Assembly (NCBI GenBank): GCA_002245135.1
Contig: NGBS01000002.1
Coordinates: 372,001-397,688 of the forward strand
Source: Proteromonas lacertae
Taxonomy: Eukaryota
DNA length: 25,688 nucleotides
Direction: 5' to 3'
Part shown: positions 11,864-23,900 of the stretch, piece after piece
Numbering within the stretch: the first letter of the stretch is position 1
Layout: the number at the start of each line of letters is the position of its first letter
Position numbers and translations under genes: made by a program
The notes under the pieces: model-generated
Seen by the model: the letters and a program-made list of their open reading frames with translations, nothing else
What the model was told of the DNA's origin: nothing
The model's database searches: none

Positions 11864-12298
11864 TAATATTTTTTAAATGCTCAATATTCTATGAATGTAA
11901 AGATAAAGAAAATAATGATGAATAAAAATGAATAGTGGTATATGTAATCTGCATTAATCTGGAATGATGATATTGTAATTGTTACTATGAAGTAATAAAG
12001 AGTGTGTGAGATATTAATAGTTAAATGAATGGAATAAAAATTGAAATGAGTGTTTTATTAATTTATTGACTGCATTATGAAGCAATATGAGGTGTGTTTG
12101 TTGTAGTTTGATTGCTTTCAATAATTATTTGATGAAGATGTTATGTCTATATAATGACATATTAATATAATGATGTGTAATGTGAATAAAACGAATATAT
12201 ATTTAAAAAATAGAATTGTAAAGAATATTTCATTGGTAATTTGAATAGATATTGTAAAGTTATTTTTCCGATTAACTCATTTTGTTTGTTATTTGACT

Positions 12299-13233
12299 AT
12301 GGCTACTGCTGTTTGTCATTTGAGATGTTTTTATCCATATAATGAAGATATGAGTGATTGTATGAATGAAAATGACTGCTGTTTATTTGATGATAAGAAG
12401 ATGAGTAAAGATTTAAAAAGCGAATATAGTGAAAATGAAGATAAATGCATAAAGAAAGTAGAATCTGATTTACCTGAAATAATAAAGAGTAAATTACAAT
12501 CAATTCATGTTTCTTGTTTCTCAGAAGCAATTCTACCAACAAATGTAGGTAAATTTCGTATTCGAGTATACACCTCGTTAGAATGTCGTGATTTGTATGA
12601 TTTATAAATTGATAATTTTAAAATGAATAGTTCATTTCAACCAGTTGCATTAATATCAGGTAAAATCGAAAATAGTAGTAGTGTAGCTGTTCGTGTTCAT
12701 GATCAATGTTTTACATCTGAAGTATTTGGATCAAAGAAATGTGATTGTAAAGAACAATTAGAACATGCAAAAAGTTATATAAAAGAGAATAGTGGAATGG
12801 TAATCTATCTTCAACAAGAAGGTCGTGGAATAGGTTTAGCAAACAAAATAGCTGCTTATCATTTGCAAGATGATGGTAAAGATACAGTAGAAGCTAATCG
12901 ATGTTTAGGTTTAGAAGATGATTATCGAACTTATGAATGTGTAAAACAGATATTGGAAGATTTACATATTTCTTCAATCCGATTAATGACAAATAATCCT
13001 TATAAGAAAATGTGGTATAAAATATAAAAATAATAATATAAATACATAGTTTGGAACAATTAGGTATAAAGATAGACAGTTTAATTCCTGTAATAATAAA
13101 ACCGAATGAATATGATATAGGTTATTTACACTGTAAAGCTGAAAGAATGGGTCATTTTTTACCTTTATATAAACTTTCAAATACTGATAATAAAACTGAA
13201 AAAGATAATGTTGAGAATGAAATAATAATGTGA
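12299..13233 (+). CDS. ribA: GTP cyclohydrolase II (riboflavin biosynthesis), stand-alone, 3 exons, with N-terminal extension (copy 1)
   Basis: ATG at 12299, introns 12595-12630 (36 nt) and 13015-13049 (35 nt). Motifs: LPTNVGKF, VRVHDQCFTSEVFGSKKCDCKEQL (three Zn-ligand Cys), QEGRGIGLANKIAAY, DTVEAN, DYRTY, LMTNNPYKKMCLEQLGI, YLHCKAERMGH. Confidence 0.95.
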
Positions 13234-13742
13234 AAATAGTTATAATTGTTATTATTTTGATTATATTTTAATTTTATTTTTGTTTGGTAATTGAGTGTTG
13301 AAAAAATATAGTTATATATTGAGCTTTTTTCTATTTTTCTCTATAAAATGTTGTATATTAACACAAATATCATATAGTTGTAATAATTAAGTGATTATGT
13401 TTATTTATACCACACTTTCTGTAACTTTATACATTTTTTATACATTTTTAATCCAAAAACATGAAATATTAAAAAAACTATTGTTGATGATATAAGTAGA
13501 TGGTTATTGAAAGGCGCAGATTTAGTAGCAAATACAGAATGATTGATAAATATACATAAATTTGTTATTATTTTTATTGTGTGTTGAGTAATCTTTGAAA
13601 TAATATTCATGCTCATTTTATTTGTTTCACTTCTTCATTCATCTACATCATTCCTCATTATTGATTTATTCAGTGTAACTGATTTGAATGAGAATGAAAC
13701 GATCACATTTCAAAAACAATTCCAAAATCATATTTTGCTGAA

Positions 13743-15868
13743 ATGAAAGTAATAAATAATGAAATTGGTGAAAATGGGTATGAATGATAAAATTTGATTT
13801 TATAGACTAAGTCGAATACTAGTGAATAATGGTTATGGTGATTTGAAAGTGAAAATAGGAAGTGAAGAAGTTGTATGTGTGAAGAGTATCTTGATGAATG
13901 GGAATGATACATTAAAGAAATTATTGAATGATGAAAAGCAGAGTGGAGTATTAGAATTATATGAAAAATGTGAAATAAAGTCATTTTTAGAGATAGAGAA
14001 ATACTACAGTGGTGGTTGTATGGAATTGAGTGATGATAATGTTTGTGATATTCTGAGATTCAGTATCTATTACAATGACAATCGAATAATGATAATCTGT
14101 AAAAGCTATATAAAGAAACATGTAAATGATTCAATAATGATGGAAATATTTTCTATGTTGAATGGATTAAAGATAAATCAATTGAATGAATTGCGAGAGA
14201 TGAGTGAAGAATATGTAAAAATGAATGTATTTAAATACTTGAATGATGGTATATAAATGAATTTGTGATTTTCTTTGAATAGATGAATTATTATTAAAAC
14301 TGAATTTAGAATCAATGAAGTTTCTATTGAATAATGATGAATTATTAATAAAGAATGAGAGTTGGTTATTGAATCGTTTATTGAAATGGTATGTAAGAGT
14401 ATTGAAAGAAGAGTGTGAAGAAAATGAAGAAGAATTGTATTGTATTGTTGAATTATTAAAAACAAAAATCCATTTAAATGAAATAAATAAAGACGAAATA
14501 TGTGAAAAAAATTTATTAGAATTATCGAAATTAAAAATCTGTATAGATGACTATATAAATCATCATACCTGTGTAAATATAGAAGAAGTGAAGAATGTTG
14601 AATTGATGAAGATAATAATTCAAAATTATATGAAAGAAGAATCCAAAATAGAATTGAATGAAAATATATTAGAGAAGTTAAATCGTGAAGAAATCAAAGA
14701 AGAAGTGATAAAATTATTAAAAAATGAAGATATAAAAATGATCGAAATAGTTTTAAATATAATAATTGAAATGAAAATATGTGAAATAATACCTATTGGA
14801 ATAAAGAATGATTTATTATTAAAACTCATATATGAATATAAAAGATTTAAAAGAAATCGAACCTTGAAGTGTTTATGTATATTTGTTGATGATAAGGAGT
14901 ATATTTCAACAATGAAGTGTCTTTGTGGAAAAGAAATTCTTTATAGAATATTAAACAATGGATGTTATTTAAGTTCCAAATCCAAAGAATTGTTAATCGA
15001 ATATATTCAAGAAATGAAATTGAATGAGAATGGAGAAGAAGAGATGAGTAATATCATTATAGATGAAGAATTATTAGAGAAATTAAAAATAAAAGAAATC
15101 ACATCATTTTCATATCCTCATTTAGAATATTTATTAATGGTAAATGAAGAAATGTCAATAATTCCTTCATTTGATGGATCAAGATGTGAATTTTCAATCA
15201 ATCCATCCTTACCTGATGGAATAATGATAGATAGAGAAAATGGAATAATACATGGTAAAATGAATGATAGTTGTGAAAAGAGAGAATATGAAATAATCTG
15301 TAAAAATGTAAGAAGTGAAAAGAAATTTAAAATCTCATTAGAATTTATTGATATAAAATTCACAGAATTAAATAAAAGTGGAGATATAACAATCTCAAAT
15401 AATGGAAAAGTAATAACAAATCCTCATAATGGTTTTAATCATTGTTATTTAAATTTGAAGATGGAAAATGGAGTTTATCACATCAAATATAAATTTCATA
15501 AAAATCAATCAAATAGTAATAATAATATATTCTTAGGATTATCAACAAATAATACATATTCTGGTATTAACATTTATAATCAATCAACAACATGCAATTA
15601 TTATGCATTTAATGGCAAAAGTCAAGATATTGCAAGATATTGTCATATTGGAACAGTTGTTACAGTAAATCCAAATTTCAAAAATCATGGAGATGGTTCA
15701 ATTTATGAAGTGATTGTTGATATGAATAAAAGAGAATTTTGGATTAGTCATAATAATTCATCTCCTGTTTTACTTGTTAAAGATTTGCCATCTCCATTAT
15801 ATCCATATGCTATTCCTTACAATAATTATGCCTCTTTTGAATTATTATCAGTTTCTCATCAAAATTAA
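13743..15868 (+). CDS. BTB/POZ-BACK protein with putative Ig-like domain and C-terminal SPRY/B30.2-like domain (~687 aa, 3 exons)
   Basis: ATG at 13743; introns 13778-13805 and 14249-14282 join the two ORFs in frame. BTB: GDLKVKIG...YYSGGCMELSDDNVCDIL. BACK: LLKLNLESMKFLLNNDELLIKNESWLLNRLLKW. Ig-like: FSINPSLPDGIMIDRENGIIHG. SPRY-like: ITISNNGKVI...VIVDMNKREFWISHN...DLPSPLYPY. Confidence 0.78.
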
Positions 15869-15958
15869 ATATTTTTAACTCTAAATAAATTATATAAATA
15901 TATATTAATTGCATTTTTATCTTTAAATAGATGAAATAAATTGAATTTAATATTCTGT

Positions 15959-15986
15959 GGTGCGAAAAATTATAAACCCCCAAATT
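15959..15986 (+). promoter_or_regulatory. Candidate upstream motif, independent copy of the element at 17911-17938
   Basis: ggtgcgaaaaattataaacccccaaatt versus ggtgcgaaaagttagaaatccccagatt: 24/28 identical, in non-duplicated spacer DNA. Confidence 0.4.
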
Positions 15987-16037
15987 CTTTAAAAATTAAA
16001 ATTCATTACTATTCTTGCTTCAATTGTGAATATATTA

Positions 16038-16288
16038 ACATCAATAGCTATGAGTATGGAGTAATAGCATGTTATTTTGAAAATTTAAAAAAGAAGAATA
16101 TTGGTGATTTCTTTATAGGAAAGAGATTATCTATAGCTGACATTGAAGTATATGATACATCTTATCTTTGTGATGCTTATTCAAACGGTTTAATAAAGAA
16201 AAATTCAACATTAAAAGAATTTATGGAAGCGTTTGAAAAACAACCTAAATATGCTGAATATTGTAAATCATCACGACATCATAGATAA
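16038..16288 (+). pseudogene. Glutathione S-transferase C-terminal fragment
   Basis: YFENLKKKNIGDFFIGKRLSIADIEVYD...LKEFMEAFEKQPKYAEYCKS matches the GST-C pattern (FFxGxxLSxAD N-cap/hydrophobic staple). There is no in-frame ATG and no room for the thioredoxin-like N-domain. The 5' boundary is approximate. Confidence 0.6.
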
Positions 16289-16540
16289 ATTTATTATACT
16301 ATGAAAATTTCGTATTTTTGGATTAAAAATGTATAAAAAATGTATAAAGTTACAGAAAGTGTGGTATAAATAAACATAATCACTTAATTATTACAACTAT
16401 ATGATATTTGTGTTAATATACAACATTTTATAGAGAAAAATAGAAAAAAGCTCAATATATAACTATATTTTTTCAACACTCAATTACCAAACAAAAATAA
16501 AATTAAAATATAATCAAAATAATAACAATTATAACTATTT

Positions 16541-17475
16541 TCACATTATTATTTCATTCTCAACATTATCTTTTTCAGTTTTATTATCAGTATTTGAAAG
16601 TTTATATAAAGGTAAAAAATGACCCATTCTTTCAGCTTTACAGTGTAAATAACCTATATCATATTCATTCGGTTTTATTATTACAGGAATTAAACTGTCT
16701 ATCTTTATACCTAATTGTTCCAAACTATGTATTTATATTATTATTTTTATATTTTATACCACATTTTCTTATAAGGATTATTTGTCATTAATCGGATTGA
16801 AGAAATATGTAAATCTTCCAATATCTGTTTTACACATTCATAAGTTCGATAATCATCTTCTAAACCTAAACATCGATTAGCTTCTACTGTATCTTTACCA
16901 TCATCTTGCAAATGATAAGCAGCTATTTTGTTTGCTAAACCTATTCCACGACCTTCTTGTTGAAGATAGATTACCATTCCACTATTCTCTTTTATATAAC
17001 TTTTTGCATGTTCTAATTGTTCTTTACAATCACATTTCTTTGATCCAAATACTTCAGATGTAAAACATTGATCATGAACACGAACAGCTACACTACTACT
17101 ATTTTCGATTTTACCTGATATTAATGCAACTGGTTGAAATGAACTATTCATTTTAAAATTATCAATTTATAAATCATACAAATCACGACATTCTAACGAG
17201 GTGTATACTCGAATACGAAATTTACCTACATTTGTTGGTAGAATTGCTTCTGAGAAACAAGAAACATGAATTGATTGTAATTTACTCTTTATTATTTCAG
17301 GTAAATCAGATTCTACTTTCTTTATGCATTTATCTTCATTTTCACTATATTCGCTTTTTAAATCTTTACTCATCTTCTTATCATCAAATAAACAGCAGTC
17401 ATTTTCATTCATACAATCACTCATATCTTCATTATATGGATAAAAACATCTCAAATGACAAACAGCAGTAGCCAT
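16541..17475 (-). CDS. ribA: GTP cyclohydrolase II (copy 2, identical translation)
   Basis: Mirror of 12299-13233, with introns 17144-17179 and 16725-16759. ORF translations are identical. Confidence 0.95.
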
Positions 17476-17910
17476 AGTCAAATAACAAACAAAATGAGTT
17501 AATCGGAAAAATAACTTTACAATATCTATTCAAATTACCAATGAAATATTCTTTACAATTCTATTTTTTAAATATATATTCGTTTTATTCACATTACACA
17601 TCATTATATTAATATGTCATTATATAGACATAACATCTTCATCAAATAATTATTGAAAGCAATCAAACTACAACAAACACACCTCATATTGCTTCATAAT
17701 GCAGTCAATAAATTAATAAAACACTCATTTCAATTTTTATTCCATTCATTTAACTATTAATATCTCACACACTCTTTATTACTTCATAGTAACAATTACA
17801 ATATCATCATTCCAGATTAATGCAGATTACATATACCACTATTCATTTTTATTCATCATTATTTTCTTTATCTTTACATTCATAGAATATTGAGCATTTA
17901 AAAAATATTA

Positions 17911-17938
17911 GGTGCGAAAAGTTAGAAATCCCCAGATT
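17911..17938 (+). promoter_or_regulatory. Candidate upstream motif GGTGCGAAAA-N-CCCCA before the large gene
   Basis: A GC-richer island in AT-rich DNA, beginning 40 nt before ATG 17951 and repeated at 15959. Confidence 0.4.
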
Positions 17939-17950
17939 TTATTAAATCAA

Positions 17951-20900
17951 ATGGATCGTCACTATCGTTGGTGTAATCATGAAGATATCACTCTCAGTGA
18001 CGATGGATTAACAGTGCTAACTAATCCGTATATTTATTATTTGTAATAATTGTAGAATTCTGAACAGAATGAGTTTAGTTTATGCCAACAGTGCAATTCC
18101 TCACCTTTGTTATAGTGATAAACGTAGTACAAGACTAGAACCATTTACTTCTGTAATAAGTATATAGTTTATATTTAATAAGTTAGAAATCTGCCAAAGA
18201 TGTCACGATCCACTAACAGCATACAACACAGTAGATATAGAGCCACTTTTTATTCCCAATGAAATAAACAAACCAACGCTGTTATGTAAATACTGTATTT
18301 CCAACTGTTTTGAGAATAAAAGGATAATGACTCAAAAGTGTATGAATGTGAATATAAATGCTAAATCACCTCGTACTCCATCTGAATTGCAAAACACATA
18401 CAGAGTAACAATAGGAAAAGGAATAATTCCATTCAAACTAAAAAGAAACAACACAAAAGAAGAAGATGAATATTATTATTATAGTATAAGTGAAATAGGA
18501 TTAGAAGAGAAAGAGTTTATATTAGAATATGAATGTTCAATATTAATGGAAATAGGTGATAGATTGATTCAAGTGAATGATATAAGATTGAATTATATAC
18601 CCAATATCAATGAAGTGTTATATAATATGGAAAGACCAATAACATTTACATTTCAAAAGAAAAGTAGAGCAGAAGCCTTTGATTCATCTCAATCAGTACA
18701 ATCTTTATCGAGATCTTTATCATGTCCAGCAGCAGTTCCATCTCGTAAATCATGTGAATCGAAATTAAATCTACTTCAAAATCTATCTAAAGAATGGAAT
18801 AATTATCCTTCATTTTATTTTGAGATAAGTATATTAAAATGTGATAAAGATAGTAATATAATTTGTGGTTTTTTACCTGATCCAAATCAATTTTCATTAG
18901 AAATAAGTGATGAAACAATCTTAAGAGATTTAGGATTATTAACATTTGATGAAACGGAGTGTGTAGCAGGTAATACAATAGGTTGTGGAATAAATCCAAT
19001 CAGTCAAAAGCTGTTTTATATAATTGATAATAATGAAGATAATAAAATAGAAATTCGTGATTATAAACATTATTATACAACTGAATATTATCCAGTGATT
19101 TATACAAGCACCAATTCAATAAAATTTCATACCAATTTTGGAGACAAACCATTTGTGTATAACAACAAACTACGAAATATTTATTTGGTGAATAACCAAT
19201 ATCCATTGAATAAAATAAGTCCATTAAAACTAATAAAAAGTCTATCCAATACAATATGTTATTTATTAGATAAATACCAAAGAAAAATGAGTTTAAGTAA
19301 TAAAGAGATTCGTTCTGAGATTCGAAAGTACTGTGAAATGTTAAGTAATATAGAAAGTCCATTATTAGATATTGATATAAATAAGAATCTAAAAGCTTAT
19401 AAATACTATGATAAATTTAATAGAACAACCAAACTGAGTAGAAGAACGAGTAATAACAACATTGAAAAATTGACAATAGATCAAATAATCGAACAATTAG
19501 AAGATTTGAAGAAGAAGATGGTGAATATGAAGAATATAGAGAATACAAGTTATAAATATGATAATATGATAAATAATGATTCAAGTATAATACCTTATAA
19601 GAATCGAAATCATACATTATATATAATATTTAATGAATTGTATGATTTAGTTTATGTTGCTAATAAATATATAAGAGATAATATAACAACTGCTTTAAGT
19701 AAATATGTATATATATATTTGCATTTATTCTTATATAATAGAATCTATCCTGGGTATATCCCAAGTTGAAGAAATTGAATAAAGATCATTTAGATGAGAT
19801 AAATGAATTATTGGATTATAGTGTAATTCGAGAAGAGTTTATAAAACAGAATATAATTGGACTAATCTTACCTAAGAGTGATAAAATTGATCCAATTTAC
19901 CAAGAAAAAATCAAAATAAGCTTATTAAAAACTCTGAAACATTGTAATCAAACTCATATTCGATATTTATCATCCTATTTAAGAGAATTGCTAAATTTGA
20001 TAGATTATTATGTAAGTAATGAAACGAACAGTGATATAATAATTGATATAATAAGATCTTTCAGTGCTCTTTGTTCCTTTCTACCTCAACCAGCAGCTAA
20101 TTATAGTTTATTGGTTAAATCCTACAATATACTGTTGAATAAATATATAAACAATGTAATAGAGATAAAAACCTGTGAATTTGAAGATAAACTATTATAT
20201 CGATTATCAATTCTTACATATTTCTTTTGTCATAAGTTGTTTGAATCATTTTCTTCATTGGAAATAGATAAGATGTTAGTAATAATATATAAATGTTTAA
20301 AGAGTAAAAAATACGAGATAGAACGAAATGGTTTGTTGTGTATAAAAAGTATATTAAATGCTAAAGAGATTCGATATGGAAATATAATAAAGAAAGCTAA
20401 AATCAAGATTGATCCAATAGATTGTCCAATTATATATGATGATGAAAGATCCTTAAGAGAAAGAAATGAAGTAGAAGAGAATAATGGTTTATCATTGAAT
20501 AATTCACCATTATTAGTATTACCATCACCATCATCGTCACTGTCCATATCATATAATGAAATTGTATCACCAAGAATACCTTCAACAACGTCATTAATAT
20601 CGAATGAATTAATAAGATACAAAGAAGAATTAATAAAAGAATTTATAAATTATATTGGAAGATGTGACAAAAGACAAAAATCCAAATTATATATTTATTT
20701 AAAACATAATAATCCAATAATTGATTCAATCTATGTGATATTATGTATATTAAATTATATGTCATTTTCGAATGAAAATAATATCGAAATAATCAAATGT
20801 CAATATGAAAGTTTGATGGAATTATTAAAAGATAATCATTTGAATTATATGAAGATAAAAGTTCATATCTATTCATTACTAAGTCCGTTATTAATAGAAT

Positions 20901-23900
20901 ATAAAGACAATCACAAATATGATGAAATGTACTTGAAAATGATCCACAGAGATTTACAAAGTAATTGGAAATTGTTATTGTGTTTAGTGTTATACAGTTT
21001 ATGTAATTTTACAAAATATAACAGTAACAAAATGAATAATAAGAATATAATGTTAAAGTTGTGTGAAATGTTTAAGAATGAAGATAGTTATTTACTATAT
21101 GATGTATATATCTTTTTGATATTAAGTCATTATTCATCTCATCGTGAATTTCGAAAGCTATTAAGTGAAAAGATCAATTTAGAAACAATTCAACTACTAT
21201 TAGATGAAAGTGAAGAAGAATCCTTAGTAAAATCAATCATTAGTTTTATAACAAATCTAATCCAAGAAAATGAAGAAATATCATTACTATCTGCTGAGAA
21301 TAATACAATGTTGAATAATAAATATCTATTTTCTGTATTATATCGTCGATATGATTCCAAAGTAATATCGATGTTTATATACTCCATAATCCTCAATTTA
21401 GACAATTATCCCAACTTGTGTATTCCAATATTGAAATTATGTGAATTATTTATTTTAAATTTCAAATATTACACATATACAGTTGGTAAATTATTGCCAA
21501 GATTAGTTAGTAATTACAAAAGATTTAATCAAATGCAGAAAGATCGTATTATTAGATTTATACATGACTTATCATCATTATCTGAACCACTCTGTGAGAG
21601 AATACTTACTACTGATTATCACATATTATGGAATTTCATCATTATGGATCATTCATTATTAGCTCAACACAAATTATTTGAGTACTACAACTATTATTTC
21701 ATATTAAATAAAGATGAAACAATGAATAATACAAAGCGAACATCATCAATTCAATCTTCAAATAGCATATCTCCAAGAACGAATGCTGATATATCAAAAA
21801 TTGAATCATTTGAAATGAAAAAGGATAAGATAAAAGATGATTATATTGAAAATTTAAAAGATAAATCATATTATCAATCTCTTAGTAAGTCTTTGAATAA
21901 TGTAACAATACCAAAGTATATTGTTAGTAGTAATTCAGATGAAACTGTAATATATGAACAGTTTTATGTAGCTGATGATGATTATTCCAAAGTAGAAAAT
22001 GATGAAGTCTTTACTGAAAATGATAATAATTGTGTATATGGTATTGCACCAAAATATATGTTAAATGAATTTATGAGGTTATTCAATTCTTCATTACAGT
22101 TTGTGTATAATACAGATCAAAAGAATTATTATTTACCTAATAAATTATTAAAAATCTATCTTCCTAGTATTAGTAATTATTGTGAAACTATTCATAGTTT
22201 TGTTTTAAATTCATTATGTGATAAGTATTCAGAAAAAAATCATTACTTTGTATTATCAATTCCACAGTTAAGATTATCATCAGATAGTGGAAGAGCAATA
22301 GCAAACTGGTTGAATGACCATAAAAGAGTTGTTTCTTTAGAATTGAGAATGCAAAAAGATGAATCTTACTTTTATGGTTTATACTTTTCTTTCTTAAATA
22401 GATTACCAAAGTCTATTACATCAATAATACTTTATTCATTACCATCAATTGATGAAATAGAATCAGTTTTTAGTTTGAATTATAAAAGAAGATTTACAAT
22501 ACCTTTTATTGGAATAGGACTAATTGATTGTAATTTACATAGATATTTATTAAAGAATGAAATGAACTGTGGTAATCAATTGCTTTTGGAGTTATTTAGA
22601 TATGACAGTTATGGTGTAAAATGGTATGATTTACAGAAGAACGATTTAACTGATGAAGATGTATTTGAGATATTATCTGTCTTGAAGAATAATTCATCTG
22701 TAGAATCATTCGATTTTTCTAATAACAATATCAATGTAGGAGATAGAATGACTGAAATACTGTGTTCTAATTTAGATTGTGATAGAATTAACAGTATTGA
22801 TACAAATAGTGATATGATAAATAGAATTAGATCACCTTCATTTTCATACTCAATGTTTACTCCAACTCCAACAACTACATTTAGTAATAGAAGTAGACAT
22901 TCAAGCGGTTCTATTTCTAATTTATCATCTACATTCCGTCATAATAGACATTCTAGTAGTTCATTATTATCTCCTGCAATAATATTGATGTGGTAAAGCA
23001 TAATTCTATTTCAGATCATAGTAATGAAGCAATTGATTTACCTGATACTCCTAAAACCCCTATACCTCTTAGTTTTAATGATGCTGATATTGATACAACT
23101 CCTCCTGCATTAGAGACAAATGATTCTTCACCACCTTCATCTAATTCTCCAATATCACCAACTGCTGAAGTCTTACAAGGAAATAGATAAAAAACCATCA
23201 CATCTGGATTTATCATGTATGACTAGATCATATATCAGTTATTTAAGAATGTTACATCTTAATAACAACAATATATCAATGTCAAATGTGATTAAGTTGT
23301 TAAAAGCTATTTCAGTTTCTGGTTGTGTGTTAATAGTATTTAATTTATCTGAGAATCATCTGAGAATAGAAGATAATGAATCAAAATGGATAAAATGAAT
23401 AAAGAAGGAGATAGATTGCCATTATTTATTCGATCATTAATAGAATTATTTAAATCAAATACATCATTAGTTACATTTGATATATCTGAAAATGAATTTG
23501 ATTTAACACCATATTTCACAGAAATAACAGAAGCATTAATAGAAAGTAAAGATAGAAGTCATCTTCTTCATTTGTTAAGTTGATACTTATTGTAATGATT
23601 GGGACACTTTTGTGTTTAATTTAAAAATAAGATGAAAATGATTTTAAAAGTTATAAAATGAGTAATTCAGAAAGTGAAAATGAGCGAAAAAGTCCAATAG
23701 AATATTTGAATGCAAATGAAGGTGATGATGATCGTAATCCTGATATGATATTGTTTATGAGTTTACCATTGGAAAGTAAATATTTAAGAATAGAAGATGA
23801 AAAAGATTCAATAATAAATACATTAAATAAATCAACATGTAATATAAAACTGAATATAGTTTATGGAATGAAAGTCGTATTACTCCATGTTATCATCCTC

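Larger units (their letters stand above)
4081..13459. repeat. Left arm of a >=9.4-kb near-perfect inverted duplication
   Basis: ORFs are mirrored with a constant coordinate sum of 29774 (e.g. 10005/19769, 12293/17481). The window end ...tggagatg is the reverse complement of catctcca at 4081. Identity stops after 13459. Confidence 0.98.

Noticed and set aside
12095..12290. TGTTTGTT at 12095 and 12283 (the Blastocystis motif linked to polyadenylation-created stop codons)
   Set aside because: Neither follows a stop-less coding region, and every gene modelled here has a genomic stop codon.
13401..13616. 71-aa minus-strand ORF crossing the left junction, and the short plus-strand frame KKTIVDDISRWLLKGADLVANTE
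   Set aside because: No recognisable motif or consistent splice model, so I cannot support either as a gene.
13460..16314. Spacer plus arms as a transposon with terminal inverted repeats
   Set aside because: The arms are multi-kb blocks of cellular genes, and no transposase, integrase or target-site duplication is visible.
19742..19769. Apparent 4-bp TTGA overlap of ORFs, as in bacterial translational coupling (also 10005-10008)
   Set aside because: Explained by the 35-nt intron 19707-19741, which joins both ORFs in frame.
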